Below are positions 1-13,304 of a DNA stretch of 64,000 nt, piece after piece (the first letter of the stretch is position 1; each line of letters opens with the position of its first letter). The stretch covers positions 527,763-591,762 of the forward strand of contig NW_003314293.1 in NCBI RefSeq assembly GCF_000143415.4. The letters are read 5' to 3'. The notes beneath the pieces were generated by a model, which ran no database searches, was not told the origin of the DNA, and saw only the letters and a list, made by a program, of their open reading frames with translations. A program made the translations under genes and the position numbers. The stretch comes from Selaginella moellendorffii. Taxonomy: Eukaryota; Plantae; Lycopodiophyta.

Positions 1-1040
1 TGATGATTTTCAAATACCATAAAAATTATATTAAATTGAATATTTAATAATTATTTAAAAAAATAATTATAATAAATATTATATTAACAATTTTGAACAT
101 AAGGATTGTGATAGCAATAAAACATCTTTAAAAAATAGATTTAAAAATAATTTACTTTATACTGATCAATTTATAAAATCTCCAAATTGTACAAAAATAT
201 TTGAATAGTTGAATGAATTTGTAAAATTTCTATTTATACTAGAAAATATCTTATATGGAGAGAAGGAAATAAGCATGATTTTTATTGATATTTGATTCCT
301 TGCTTTACAAATTAATTGTAATATTGTATTGTACTCAAAGAAAAAATATGTTATGAGGTCTATAAATTAGTATTGTTTAAATGTTTATTTATAACCATAT
401 TAATTTTATATGATGATTGTAATTTAGTTTCTTATGAAGTTAAAAACCCAAAAAAAAATTGGTGGGCAAATTATACTTCTAATCATATGAATTGTTTAAA
501 TTAAATATGTTTTTATTTATTTGAGATATTATTTAGAAATATTTTATATAATAACTTATGTAAGTAATTGGATATTTGAAAATAAATATTTTTCTAATTT
601 TTTTCAATGTATATGTATTGATATTTATAATAAATTAATATTTATTTTATTGCAGTAATACTTGGTTTTCTTGTTTATCTTGATATTATTTATGTATATA
701 TTAATATGAATAAATAGTATTTTCTCTAATATAATATGTCATCTAATCCTATAAGTTTTATAGTAGGAATTACAAAGCTTATAATTCACATAAATGAAAA
801 ATTAAATCTAATTTAGAAATTTAAAATTATATTAAAAGTCAAAAGTGCAAGTATTTTGTAGTATATATGGCTTTTACAGAATTTTCCAACTTTTGCAACA
901 AAAACCATGACAATCACACCTAATTCTCATGCTCAATTGTGAAGGCTCCTCATATAAGTCTTATGTACCTTCACATTTTAATAACATTGACTAAAAGTAT
1001 GAAATTCTTAAGTGCTATTAATTAAGTATATTTAAATCAA

Positions 1041-1300
1041 TTAGAGAAACTCATTCATTGGTGCAATATGTATATAATTAATGTTATAGTTTAAGATACC
1101 TTCTTTTGTATCATACATTAACACTCTATAGCCATCTTTTTGATACAAACCATACTCAAGCATTATGCATGTTTTTTCTTGATTATCCAATTCATCTCTT
1201 AATACTTTCTTGCTTGTATGTGCATGGCCTAGCAAGCCAAAAACACATAAATATTTCATTGATAGTTTAATTCCTATTCAACACCCCATTTTGGCATTAT
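1041..1300 (-). mobile_element. Degraded Ty1/copia integrase C-terminal remnant
   Basis: ORF 1041-1259 (KYLCVFGLLGHAHTSKKVLRDELDNQEKTCIMLEYGLYQKDGYRV) resembles the copia post-integrase motif 'HLRVFGCxAYAHxPKxxRxKLDxKxxxCIFLGYxxxxKGYR'. It lies in very AT-rich decayed DNA and its boundaries are approximate. Confidence 0.55.
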
Positions 1301-2121
1301 GATCTGAAGCTATAGTTTATTTGTGAGCCTAACTTTATAAACTCAAACACTTTGATAGGTTTTGTATAAAGCATTCAATGTTAATCTTTATAAATACTAG
1401 TTTTAGATTTGAAATACAGTTTTGTTAAATCTCCAAAGTGTACAATAGTTTTTAAGATTGTTTGCTCACAACATGAGGAACCATAGTGAGCAAATAGTTC
1501 CAACCTTTATCTTTGTAAGTCTCCATAATACTTAGTTCCTTCTTCAGCCATATAAGAGTGTATAGGCAAAAACCTTATCCAATTAAGCAAACCGAATGAG
1601 CTTGCTTTGAATGTGAAATGCATCCTAAGATGTTGCTAGAGTTTTAACCTACACATCTTTCACTAGGCCAAATTAAACACCTCCCAACTTCATATAAGCC
1701 TTCTTGTAAAGCTTAGAGTTTAGGTTTCTAATACAATATACTTAGTTCTTCCTAGTAGGTATATTTTATATAGCATAAATTAAATATCGTGGGGTTCCCA
1801 AAATTAGCAAGTGCAAAAGTAATATTCCTATTAAAAATTATTTTCTAAATCAGCATTAACAAAATTTTCATAAACAATAAATGGTTTTACATTTAAGAGT
1901 TAAATAAATATAATGAAAAATCTTCAAATTTAACTTCACCTAAATTTAATTCAAAAGATTCATGGCTAGCTTTATGATGGCAAGCTTTGCCATTTTTTGC
2001 CCTTGCTGTGGGTCAGCGTCTTTTGAGTATGTTCTTTTCTATCCTACGATATTTGTCTTCTTTTTATTAGCGAAAACTAAAGTTGGTTCTACGAATAGTT
2101 TTAAATTATTTATATGATATT

Positions 2122-4298
2122 CTAGACTCGAAGAGGAGTTTTTCTGTGTGGTAGCTTCTCAATCTCCGCGCACAGCTTCCCATCCAGCTCCTTCTCGTAT
2201 CGCTCCACGCTCGCATTGAACGACGTGACTTTCTTGGCTGCCGCTCGCCGGGGTGAGCTCTCGTCCGTGGTTGTGAAGCACCGGGTGTTCACGCTGGATT
2301 TGCTGCTCTTGATCAGCGTCGCTTGCTTAGATGAGGGCTTTGATGGGAATGTTGTAGCGCCATTTTCGCAAAAGCCACCACTGTTCTCGTCATTCTCAGC
2401 TCGCCGCTTCTCCTTCGCATTCTTCCTTGCCGCTTCCATGTCTTTGACATGGCCCTTGAATTCCTTGTGCACCACGTCCAGAACGACGTCTCCGTATCTA
2501 TCGCACCAAGACCTGATAAAGTTTTCGCGCTGAATGTTAAAGCAAGCCAGGAGATTCTAAAGTGGAAGAACTTACTTTGGAAAGAAGCGCATCAGCTCGG
2601 ACTTATCGGTCGGAAGCCGTGTTGCAATTGCATCTATTTGATCGTTCCTGTCAGCCATTTGCAACGAGTTAGCGTCATGATCATTAGTGCTAACTAGAAG
2701 TAAGAGTTCTTACGTGAATGTCTGAGTAGAGCTCGTCCTGTTGATCTCACTCCTTATATGCTCAAGCTCCTTTTTTATGTTTTCCCCAAGAACCTGGACC
2801 AACTTGGAGAGTTAATGACATTCAAACAAAGGGAGCTACGTACCTTGTCAATATAAAAGTCGGTAGAGACTCCCTTGGCTTGGAACTTCTTTTTAGAGCT
2901 AGCTTCGACGGGTGTTGCAGCCTTGTAAGGACATTCCAACGTAGACGCGAAGCCGTTCTTCTTAGAGCACGCTTCAGTGGATGCAGGAGCCTTTGCAGGA
3001 CTTTCTATCTTGGACATCTTAGAGCATGCTTCGACTGGAGGCTTGGGAGAGCTTTCCATCGCAGAGAAGAAACCGTTCTTCTTTGAGGATGCTTCGGCAG
3101 ACGCGGGAGCCTTGGAAGGACTTTCCATCGTCGTAGACACAAACCCGTTCTTTGAGCATGCTTTAGCAGATGCAGGAGCCTTAGGAGAGCTTTCCATCGT
3201 TGAAAAGAACCCGTTCTTCTGACTGCATGACTCGGCTGCCTTGGGAGAGCTTTCAATCGTAGAAAAGAACCCGTTCTTCTTAGAGCATGCCTCGGCTGAA
3301 GCGGGAGCCTTGGGAGAGCTTTCAATCGTCGAAAATAACCCGTTCTTCTTAGAGCATGCCTCGGCAGAAGCAGGAGCCTTGGGAGAGTTTCCAACCGTAG
3401 AGAAGAAACCGTTCTTCTTAGAGCATACTTCGACGGCCTTGGAAGAGCTTTCCATCGTGGACACGGAACCGCTTGGAGAGTGGAAGAGGGGCGACCCGCA
3501 TTGATCCGAGGTGTCAAACTCTGGAGGATCCCTGGCCGGACAGTCTCTGGGCCTGATAAAGTCCAGTGCGTGAGGAACTCTTCTCTCGTTATTCTTCCCA
3601 CTGTGCTTGCGACGAGTCATAGCTTCAAACAGGTGCTTCACCGGTGACTTGCTCTTCGCTACTCTTTGCATTGCCTCGTCCTTTAGCTTCTCCCGAGGGT
3701 CATCTCCTGTTGACTCTGCGTTCTTCATCCTTGATCTCACAGGTGAAGTTGGAGCACTGGCGGTGGCTGCCGAGCACGACAGGACAATGTCACTAGCATT
3801 GATCTCCGCCCCCTGAGCTGCTAGCCTGTAAAGAAGCGACTTCTTCACCCCGTGATACTCTTCCTCCGAGATGCATCGAGCGTACAGAAGCTCCTACAAG
3901 TGGAAAGACATCACGTAAGTAAGATCATCGAAGAACTCCATCAAGAAAAAAACTATACGATCACGCACTCTTACGAACTTCAGAACAATGAAAAGTACCT
4001 GGAGGAACAGAAGCTTGTCTCTCGTGACCTGGGGGTACTCGCCTCCATCGTAGCAAACATCGATGTTGTCCAGTATCTTCTGGCGAAAGGACGCGACATC
4101 CGATTCACTGACCAGTCCCTCTTGGAACAAACCCTTCATGTTGACAAGCCGGAGGAACATATCCTGCTGCCACTTGAGATTCTCTGCCTGTTGGTGGCTC
4201 GCCCTCCTCTCGGCAAGGCCAGGCGTCCATCCCGCGGCATTGTGCCTGGACGACGAGCATCGCCGCAACGCCGGGACGAAGTTCCGATAGATTTCCAT
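2122..4298 (-). CDS. Conserved land-plant protein of unknown function ('gene A'), 5 exons, with an internal 23-aa repeat tract
   Basis: Exons 4298-3999, 3893-2844, 2793-2714, 2647-2576 and 2512-2122, all GT-AG and in frame. The spliced protein has blocks I recognise from an uncharacterised plant family: RDKLLFLQ|ELLYARCISEEEYH..LAAQGAEI and STDFYIDK|VLGENIKKEL..NDQIDAIATRLP..FFPK|SWCDRYGDVVLDVV.KEFK.HV. Confidence 0.85.
2890..3456 (-). repeat. Coding minisatellite, about 9 imperfect copies of a ~69-bp (23-aa) unit ESSPKAPASAEACSKKNGFFSTx
   Basis: Directly visible in ORF 2775-3848 and in the DNA (recurring 'gagcatgc..cggc...gcgggagccttgggagagctttc.atcgt'). Confidence 0.9.
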
Positions 4299-4920
4299 GG
4301 CGCTGTCCTAGAAATCCAAAACACTGAGCGGATGGATCCCGGCTAGAGCGAAGGGAATACCTGGATCGCCTTGAATGAATTGCCGCCGCCTCCTCTTACC
4401 GACATTGTTGCGCGCTGCTCGGAGACAAAGATTTTGCAGGTGATGCCGATGCGCCGCGGCTGACGATCGATCGCCTGGAACCCTAGCTCAGCGCCTTCGG
4501 TTCATACGAATCAATCCTTCTTCTCCTCTCTATTCGCGAGGGTTTCCAAAATATGAGCTTTGCGGTCCAACGGTCATCCCCATCGCAGCCGTCAACAAAC
4601 CAACGGCCCAGATCTAGATCTTAGATTCCGGAATCAGAGCTTGTCCGCTAGCGCGGAAAAACACTACTTAAAGACAAAAATCTGAATATTCTTTCTTTAG
4701 TATACACCAACCAAAGTTCGAACAACGAAGAACACAATCCCATGATCTTCGAGACAATTGAAAATTAAAGAGAAAGAGAAAGAGAGATAGAACGAGAGAG
4801 TCATCCAAAAGATAGCTAGAGAGAAAAATAAAGATCGAGACGAAAGAACCTCCAGAGTGTGTAGTGTAATCTTAAAACTTTCCTTCTCGCCACCACCAGC
4901 ACCACCACGAAATTCACGCT

Positions 4921-5012
4921 TCCTTCTCGTCGATGCTGGGCTTGATGTAAGGAAGAAGCCCGAAAAAATGCCGCAGCTCTCCAATTGCTAAGCTCTAAAA
5001 ACTGTAAGAACT
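4921..5012 (-). pseudogene. Frameshifted 3' fragment of alkaline ceramidase
   Basis: 4680-5012 aligns with 7110-7500 (ceramidase C-terminus and 3' flank) with small deletions. It then joins at about 5020-5118 to a piece of gene A intron/exon-3 sequence. Confidence 0.75.
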
Positions 5013-5266
5013 GATAGGGTTCCTGTCGCCCATTTGCAATTGAGTCCGCGTCATGATCATAGAAATGACAGTTCTTACGTGAATGTGTAAGTGGAGTTCG
5101 TCCTGAGTAGAGCTCGTCAATCAAAGTCCAAGTTCGCTCGCTCGCGAGGAGCCGGAAACCCATGGATTAGCCGCGGAAGTGGCTGGATCTCCCTTGCATC
5201 GCAAAAGCTATAGCTCAAGGGTGGCGAGATGATCATGCCTCGCCCGTTTTAAGACTGTTTGAAATT

Positions 5267-6960
5267 CTAGACTCGAAGAGGAGTTTTTCTGTGTGGTAGC
5301 TTCTCAATCTCCGCGCATAGCTTCCCGTCCAGCTCCCTCTCGGATTGCTCCACGCTCGCATTGAACGACGTGACTTTGTTTGGCCGGGGTGAGCTCTCGT
5401 CCGTGCTTGTGAAGCACCGGGTGTTCACGCTGGATTTGCTGCTCATTTGCTTAGATGTGATGGCATTGTTGTGGCGTCGTTCTCGCGACTGTTCCCAGAT
5501 CGCCGCTTTCTGCTTCGCATTCTTGCTTGCCGCTTCCATGTCTTTNNNNNNNNNNNNNNNNNNNNNNNNNNNNNNNNNNNNNNNNNNNNNNNNNNNNNNN
5601 NNNNNNNNNNNNNNNNNNNNNNNNNNNNNNNNNNNNNNNNNNNNNTGAAAGTTAGCGAAAGAGATCTAATGTGAATGTCAAGGAACTTACTTTGGAAAGA
5701 AGCGCATCAGCTCCATGGCAATTGCATCTATTCGATCGTTCCTGCACCCATTTGCAATGAGTCAGCGTCATGATCATAGAACTGTCTGCCTGTTGATCGC
5801 GCTCAAGCTCCTTAATGTTTTCGCCAAGAACCTGGACAGACTTCGAGAGTTAATGCACACTCAAACGAGAAGAGAGATATGTACCTTGTCAATATAAAAG
5901 TCAGTAGAAGCTCCCCCCTCGGCTTGGAACTTCTTTGTAGAGCTAGCTTCGACGGGTCTTTCCAACGTAGACGCAAAACCGTTCTTAGAGCACGCTTCAG
6001 CTGATGGAGGAGCCTTTGCAGGATTTCTATCTTGGGCATCTTAGAGCATGCTTCGACTGATGCAAAGAAGAAACCGTTCTTCTTTGAGCATGCTTCGGCA
6101 GACGCGGGAGCCTTGGAAGGACTTTCCATCATCGTCTGAGCATGCTTCGGCGGATGGAGGAGCCTTTGGAGAGTTTCCAACCGTAGAAAAGAAACCGTTG
6201 GAAGAGCTTTCCATCGTGGACACGGAACCGCTTGGAGAGTGGAAGAGGGGCGACCTGCATTGATCCGAGGTGTCAGACTCTAGTCTCTGGCACTGATAAA
6301 GTCGAGTCCAGTCCGTGAGGAACTCTTCTCTCGTTATTCTTCCCACTCTGCTTGCAGCTTCGAACAAGTGCTGCACCGGGGACTTGCTCTTCGCTACTCT
6401 TTGCATTGCCTCGTCCTTTAGCTTCTCCCGAGGATCATCTCCTGCATTCTTCATCCTTGCTCTCACAGGTGAAGTTGGAGCACTGGCTGTGGCTGCCAGG
6501 CACGACAAGACAATGTCACTGGAATTGATCTCCGCCCCTTGAGCTGCTAGCCTGTAAAGAAGCGACTTCTTCGCCGCGGGATACTCTTCTTCCGAGATGC
6601 ATCGCGCGCACAGAAGCTCCTAGAAGTAGAAGAAAACTATGTTAGCCCAGCGTTCATCAAGAAAATCACGCTCTCTAGAACTTAAGAACAATGAAAAGTA
6701 CCTGGAGGAACAGAAGCTTGTCTCTCGCCACTTGGGGGTACTCGCCTCCATCGTAGCAAACATCGATGTTGTCCAGTATCTTCTGACGCGACATCCGATT
6801 CACTGACCAGTCCCTCTTGGAACAAACCCTTCATGTTGTCAAGCCGGAGGAACATATCCTGCTGCCACTTGAGATTCTCTGCCTGTTGGTGGCTCGCCCC
6901 AGAAGACGAGCATCGCCGCTGCTAGGCGCCTATTTTTGCGAGTGCGCGATGGAGATCCGC
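5267..6960 (-). pseudogene. Degenerate second copy of gene A
   Basis: Colinear with 2122-4298 but has many deletions and frameshifts (ORFs 6041-6508 and 5812-6180 are in different frames), a shortened repeat tract and an altered 5' end. It spans the gap at 5546-5645. Confidence 0.8.
5546..5645. other. Assembly gap (100 N)
   Basis: Run of N. Confidence 1.
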
Positions 6961-7381
6961 CATCGCCTGGAACCCTAGCTCAGCGCCTTCGATTCATACG
7001 AATCAATCCTTCTTCTCCTCTCCTTTGGCGAGGGTTAGCCCAACGGTCATCCCCATCGCAGCCGTCAACAAAACCAACGATCCAGATCTAGATCTTACAT
7101 TCCGGAAAGACAAAAATTTGAATATCCTTTCTTTACTATACACCAACCAAAGCTCGAACAACGAAGAACACAATCCGATCTTCGAGACAATCGAAAATTA
7201 AACAAGAGAAAGAGAAGAGAAAGAGAGATAGAACGAGAGAGTCATATCCAAGATCATCCAAGAAGAGAGAAAAATAAAGATCGAAACGAAAGAACCTCGA
7301 GTGTGTGTAGTGTAATCTTAAAACTTTCCTTCTCGCCACCACCACCACCACCACCCAGTGTGTGTTCTTTCTCTTGTAAAT

Positions 7382-8546
7382 TCACTCTTCCTTCTCGTCG
7401 ATGCTGGGCTTGATCACCTTGATGTAAGGAAGAAGCCCGAAAAAATACCGCAGCTCCGGAGACCAATCCAATTGCTGAGCTCTACAAAACTGTAAGAACA
7501 TGTTGGCGAAGTAGGACGTGAATCCCATCAAGACGTGCCAGAGAGCGTGGCCCTGGGGATTCACCGGGAGAGCACTGACTTTGCCGCAAAAGTTTCGATC
7601 GATCACCCAGCAAAACGCTGCCACCAGCGTCGTGATGATGCACCAGCGAGCCAGGCGCCGAGCGGGAGTGCCTTTGGAGTGGATGTAGTACTTGTACATC
7701 CGAGGGAGGCACAGCAGCGTCAGGAACAGATAGTGGAGCTCGAAACCAAGGACGAATCGAAACTGTGAGTGGAGAATCGCAAACACGGTACCGTAGATGA
7801 AGAGAAACGTCGGCATCGTGCTGCGGTAGTGCCAGTCCGGGGAGTAGAGCACGTAGATGTAGAGGAGCATCACCCAGACCATTGGAGTCTCGTCGCTCTG
7901 CTGTTGCCTGGAAGAGAAAAAGTTTTGGAACTTAGAACATATAGATCTGAAAACCAAAAAGTCTTAGAGATCGTAGGAGTAGAACTTGGCTTAGGAAGAA
8001 CTGATAAGAGAACGATTGAATCTACTTGAGAAAACTGGAAAGACTTAGAAAGAAAGAAAAAGGATCAAGAAAACTGGAAACTTAGAGAAAGCTAAGAACT
8101 TGAAAGAAAAAGGATCGAGAAAACTGGAAGCTTGGAAAGAATTGAGAGCTAAGAACTTCGACGAAAGAAAATGGATCGAGAAAACTGGAAACTTAGAAAG
8201 ACTTGAGAGCTGAGAACTTGAAAAAACGAAAACGGATCGAGAAAACTAGAACTTGAAAGAAAGAAAAAAAAAGGGAGAAGAAAGGACTAAAAACTTACGC
8301 GTGCTGGAGGGTCGCGTGGAAGAGCATGCTCCCGATGCACAGCGCAATTGTGGCGAGGTGGAGGACGCTGAATCGCTTCTCAAATCTCTGGGAGATTGAG
8401 TTGTAGAGGCCAATGAAGGCGAGGAGGATGCACGGCACATTGGACAGCGTGTTGAAGAACTCGGCAATGTAGCGAGAGCGCTCGTAATTCCTCTCGCACC
8501 ACTCTGTGCTGGAAGTGATTGCCCCCCAGTAGCCATTTGCTGCCAT
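7382..8546 (-). CDS. ACER: Alkaline ceramidase (CREST superfamily), 2 exons, about 257 aa
   Basis: Exons 8546-8299 and 7907-7382 (GT-AG). Motifs WG..TS..EWCE.NY..S.YIAEFFNTLSN, GSMLFHATL, DETPMVW and GHALWH. Confidence 0.93.
8029..8255. repeat. Intronic minisatellite (~50-60 bp units, gaaaactggaaacttaga...aaggatcga)
   Basis: About 4-5 imperfect tandem units inside the ceramidase intron. Confidence 0.7.
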
Positions 8547-11500
8547 TCCCCCGCGAAGAACACACACAGCACCCTCGTCGCTCGTCGCTAAAAAGTTAGG
8601 GTTGACATTGTAGCATCGATCGCTCCCTTCTCTACCACAGCTCGCCACACCTGCCGGCAAAATGGATCAAACCCTAGCATCCGGGCCACAGCATTCCTGG
8701 CAAATCCCCGCGGGAGCTCACAGGAATCCCTGGAGCTGGCGCGCGGCGCCTGGAATCCCGAGATCTAGAGAGAAGAATAGACCGACCTCGCCATGGCGAT
8801 GCGCGCGATCGATCGTTGGCGGCCGCGGCAGCTGGATCGATGGATCGAGCGATTCCACCGGCGGCGAGGGGCAGGCGCCACGAAATAACGCGAATTGAGG
8901 AGGGCAAAGAGCGCGGTGGAATATCCAACGGACCGGCGGAGGATATTCCCTTGCGCGGGGTGTCGGTGGTGGTATCTTCACTGTTGATGGATTCTCGGTC
9001 CCATATTTCTGATATCCAAGTGCACAATATGGGTACCTGCAGAGTCCTTTTCTTTCACAAAGTTTGGGGTTGTTGGCTTTGCGGCTGTGGAATTTACTAG
9101 CCTTGATTTGTTTACACACCGACAGAAAGACTTTTAAGTGTCTTTTTCTCTTTATCTTGATCCCACCAATTGAGTAACACACTCTAGAGTATAGGTGGGT
9201 GTTCAAAATACATTATTGGTGGAACTAGGTGGCAAGATAATAACAAACTACAGTAAAAATCTGGAAATTAGACTTTTATTTATATAATTAGAAAATTTAA
9301 GTGTGTACAGTTTATGCCATATACTAATATTTTGGTAACCATTCGATTGATTTTAATCTAGAGTACTCTCTTCTATATATAAACTAGGGTTTTTGACATA
9401 TTGGGATGCACATTTTTATATTCTCTTTTCATATTCCATATATTTAACATTGGTGGAAGTGAAAGGGAAATTTTAATGGTCTTTGATGACTGTTAGGATT
9501 TGGATTTTTATTTAGATATAAGTTTTGCATTGTCTAAATCTCCATTTTGTTATAAATTTTCTCAACTTCTTTTTTACTTTTTCCTTTTCGTTCATCTTTA
9601 TGGTAGAGTAGTACCCTCCTCTTCCTTCAACTCTAAAGTAGTAGTTAGTGCAATTAAATAATCAAATTCAGTTGATGATAGCATTTATGGCACGTGGTAC
9701 AACTCTTTTTACTTTTGCTACCAATCTTTGCATTTGGCCAAAATTCTTCCATAGAAATCTTATGGATGACATATACCATTTATTTGATCACTTCAAAATG
9801 ATTGTTATATATCATTCTTAGGATAATACTTAGTGTTTGTGTGAATTTCCCACATATTTCAAAGGGATGATGCTAAAATGGTACAATGGTTTGAGTGCAT
9901 CCACTCGTGAGGATTAGAGTATTTTCCCAGACATTTTCAAACATGCATTTGGACATATCAATGATTATGATGATGTCTTTCAACAATTGCATCATTTTTA
10001 TCAAGGGCTATCTGAGTTTATAATGCAATTTAGCATTGGTTTCTAAAGCCTTTTACTTCGTGTAGAGCTAAATATGTCGAAGTGGATCAAGTTGAAAATG
10101 TTATGGCCAACGCTTTGTCAAAATTTTATAAAACTTATGCATGCACTTACTCTAGCCATCTTTGATGATACTCTTTACTTAGCACAACATTATGAGACAT
10201 TGTTTTTTTCACTTCTTGTTGCATGTTTTTTAGCTCCACTTCTTGAGATAATCCTATTCCAATGGAGGTTTTGCCCAAGTTCAAGGACAAGAGCAATGAC
10301 ATGGTCATAGCCGTGATATTTGCTATTATATGTGTTATAAAGTTAATCACACTTATTAGTATTATCTTTGTTTCCTATATTTGTGACTTCCATTTTCTAA
10401 ATGGAGACCTTAGCATCAACAATGTCCTATTGGTGTTGCTGTAAGGGAAGGTTTGGACATTGAAATGCTTCTGGGAAATAAAGAGTCACGTGAGTAGCAG
10501 AAGGACCTTGCATGAATAAGTTAATGACCCTTTTATTTTTCTTAAAGTTTTCTTTCTATTGTCACACGTTACATTTACATTGTGCGGTAGAGCCAATTTT
10601 CAATTTTGATAGCAAAAACCATATACATACATGTGTATGGGATGATGTGGACCTTATTATGTGTGTGGGCGATTTTGAGCTTGAGTTGTTGTCATTGTGG
10701 GTGATGTCGAGTCAAGTTTTTGACCTCATCCTTGGTATAGATTGATCGCAGCACAATCATACTAAATGTGATTTTAAGACTTCTCCCCTTTATCTCATAC
10801 TTATATTTTCTTCATTCTTCTCACTTTTGTTCTTTTTGTCTTTTTACTTCTACCTTTGTTTTCATCACTTTTGTCTCACTATTCCTTCCTCTTATATTTC
10901 TATCTTGTTCCTCTCTTCCTTTTTTCGATCCCTTCGATGGTCTTTGTGTTACAGCGGTTAACCACCTTATGAAGGAGTATGCCGAACTCTTTGAATTTAA
11001 TCTGTTGTTTAGGGTTAAAATTGCAACATGTCATCTTATTCCAACTAGGGATGCTCGTCAAATCAAGGTTCCTATTCATCATCAGTCACCCAAAGAGATT
11101 AAAATTTTATATACAAACGTCAAGGAGATGTTAAAAGAAGGTGTTATTTGAAAGTTGTGGAGTCATGTGAATCTCATCTTGTGATAAACATGATGAAAGT
11201 ATTTGTTTCTGCATCAACTATTGTCTATTAAATGAAGTGATAATCATGGATTTGTACCCTCTTCCTCACATTGCTAATCTCTTGGATCAGTTGAGGAGAA
11301 GTTGTAATTCACCAAATTAGATCTTTCTTTTAGTTATTGACAAGTACCAATGGCCGAAGAAAATTTTCCTAAGCTATTTGTCGTACACTATTTAGTTTGT
11401 ACAAGTTCTTGGTAATGCTGTTTGGTTTAAATAATGCTTCAGCAACTTTCCAGTAGATGATAGATAAGGTTCTTTGCAATATGCCGGAGGTGATTACAAA

Positions 11501-12603
11501 CTTCATCAATGATATCTTGATCCACTCGAAAGGGATGTGGGAGGAACACATCTATGATGTTCATAAGGTGTTAAAGTTGGTTTAAAGCTGATGTAGTCGA
11601 AGTGTGTGTTTGGGTCCAAGGATATGACTTATCTTGAATACCATATTTCTTATAACAAATTTGATCTTGCAAATTGATCATGACAAATTTATGGATGTTC
11701 TAAAGCTCTATACTCTAAAATGTGTAAATGATATACAGTGCTTCCTAAGCAAAGTATAGTATCTCGATCATCTTGTTGATTATCTTTTTAATTGCATTGC
11801 ATCGTTGCAAGTGTTGCTAAAGTCATCAATGCCATTTTTTATCTGGTTTATAGACTATGAGCAAGTATTTAAAAATCTCAAAGAGTTATTGATGACTCCT
11901 ATAGTTTTGGCATATCTTGACTATATTTAACCTTTCATTTTGTGTATAGATGCTTTTAATATCAGTTTTGGAGGTGTATTAATGCAAAAGAGTCTAAGTG
12001 TATCTGGTTAGTGTCATCCTATTGCATATATCAACTGTACATTACAATCAGTGGAGGTGAACTACTTCACAACAAAGAATAAGTGTTTAGTAGCAATTTA
12101 GGGTTTTAAGAAACTTCATACATATTTATATAGTTTTCGGACATTATTAGAAAGTGATCATGTTGCAATTATTTCATTATTGAAGTGGAAAAACTTGGTT
12201 GGTTGTATTTTTGGTAAGCTTTGAAGTTTCAAATATATGATTTTGATGTTGTTTATCACTCAAGGAGTCCTATAATTAATGCTAATACCCATTTTTAAGC
12301 TCCTCTTCCTTCTTCACTCTTTTCTCATGTTTCTAAACAAACCTATTATTCCCACATCTATGGATTTTTTAGATAAGGATAACCATGGATTTGAAAACTT
12401 CATGATGGGTTTGAAAATTTTGCATCACTTACTAATGACTTACCATTTTAGCATTTACATTCTCAATATCACTCTAAGGATAGTTTTCTTTATTTTATAG
12501 GGATGGATCCTGATAATCATTCACAGCTGATGATGCCTTCAATCTTTATTACATACTTTCTCCACACCTACCATGATTCTCCTATTCTAACCAGGCATAT
12601 AGG

Positions 12604-12710
12604 NNNNNNNNNNNNNNNNNNNNNNNNNNNNNNNNNNNNNNNNNNNNNNNNNNNNNNNNNNNNNNNNNNNNNNNNNNNNNNNNNNNNNNNNNNNNNNNNN
12701 NNNNNNNNNN
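12604..12710. other. Assembly gap (107 N)
   Basis: Run of N. Confidence 1.
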
Positions 12711-13304
12711 CTATATATTATATATCTTAAATCTAAAAACAAATTAAAATATTAGCTTCATGAATTTGCGATCGCATGTAAAATTATAGGAGTAGTTGTG
12801 TTTTGCTCCTTAGAAATTCATTGAGCTTGTTCTTGAAGATATATCGGAATATCTGAAGCATGGCATTCGACTCTAAAATATACCTTAATACAGCCAAGTG
12901 AAAAGATCCTTAAAAACCATCATAAAATACATCATCTTTAAATCATGTGTTTAGATACCCTTCAAAGACTCTTCTCTATTGAGTTCATGAGTTCAATCTT
13001 ATGCTTAATAAGATCTTAATAATTGTACAAAAGGTGATATGTTTGAGGATTTGAACAAAGACATTTGAATTTGAATGGAAAATATATAGTAGTCATAAAA
13101 AAATTAAGGCTTATCTTGCTAGAGTTTCAGGGTATAACATTGAAGTATGTAATGCTTCAAATATTCCCTTTTATATTCAAGAATAAGCTCAATGAATTTC
13201 TAAGGAGAAAAACACAACTACTCCTTTAATTTTACATTCTATGGCAAATTTATGAAGCTAATATTTTAATTTGTTTTTAGATTTAAGATATATAATATAT
13301 AGTG
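12711..13304. mobile_element. Non-autonomous foldback/MITE-like element with CACTA terminus and ~160-bp inverted arms
   Basis: 12711-12870 is the imperfect reverse complement of ~13145-13302. The right end reads ...ATATATAGTG (CACTA on the - strand); the left end CTATATAT starts at the gap edge. Confidence 0.7.

Noticed and set aside
2118-2145. Helitron 3' end (CTAG plus hairpin) at the end of gene A copies
   Set aside because: The CTAG is simply the stop-codon context, the hairpin is only 4 bp, and homology continues past it.
2890-3456. CRISPR-like repeat array
   Set aside because: Imperfect in-frame coding repeats without unique spacers, in a eukaryotic context with no cas genes.
8662-9206. 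GC-rich ORFs upstream of the ceramidase
   Set aside because: Overlapping ORFs on both strands with no recognisable domain; more likely 5' UTR, promoter or leader intron.
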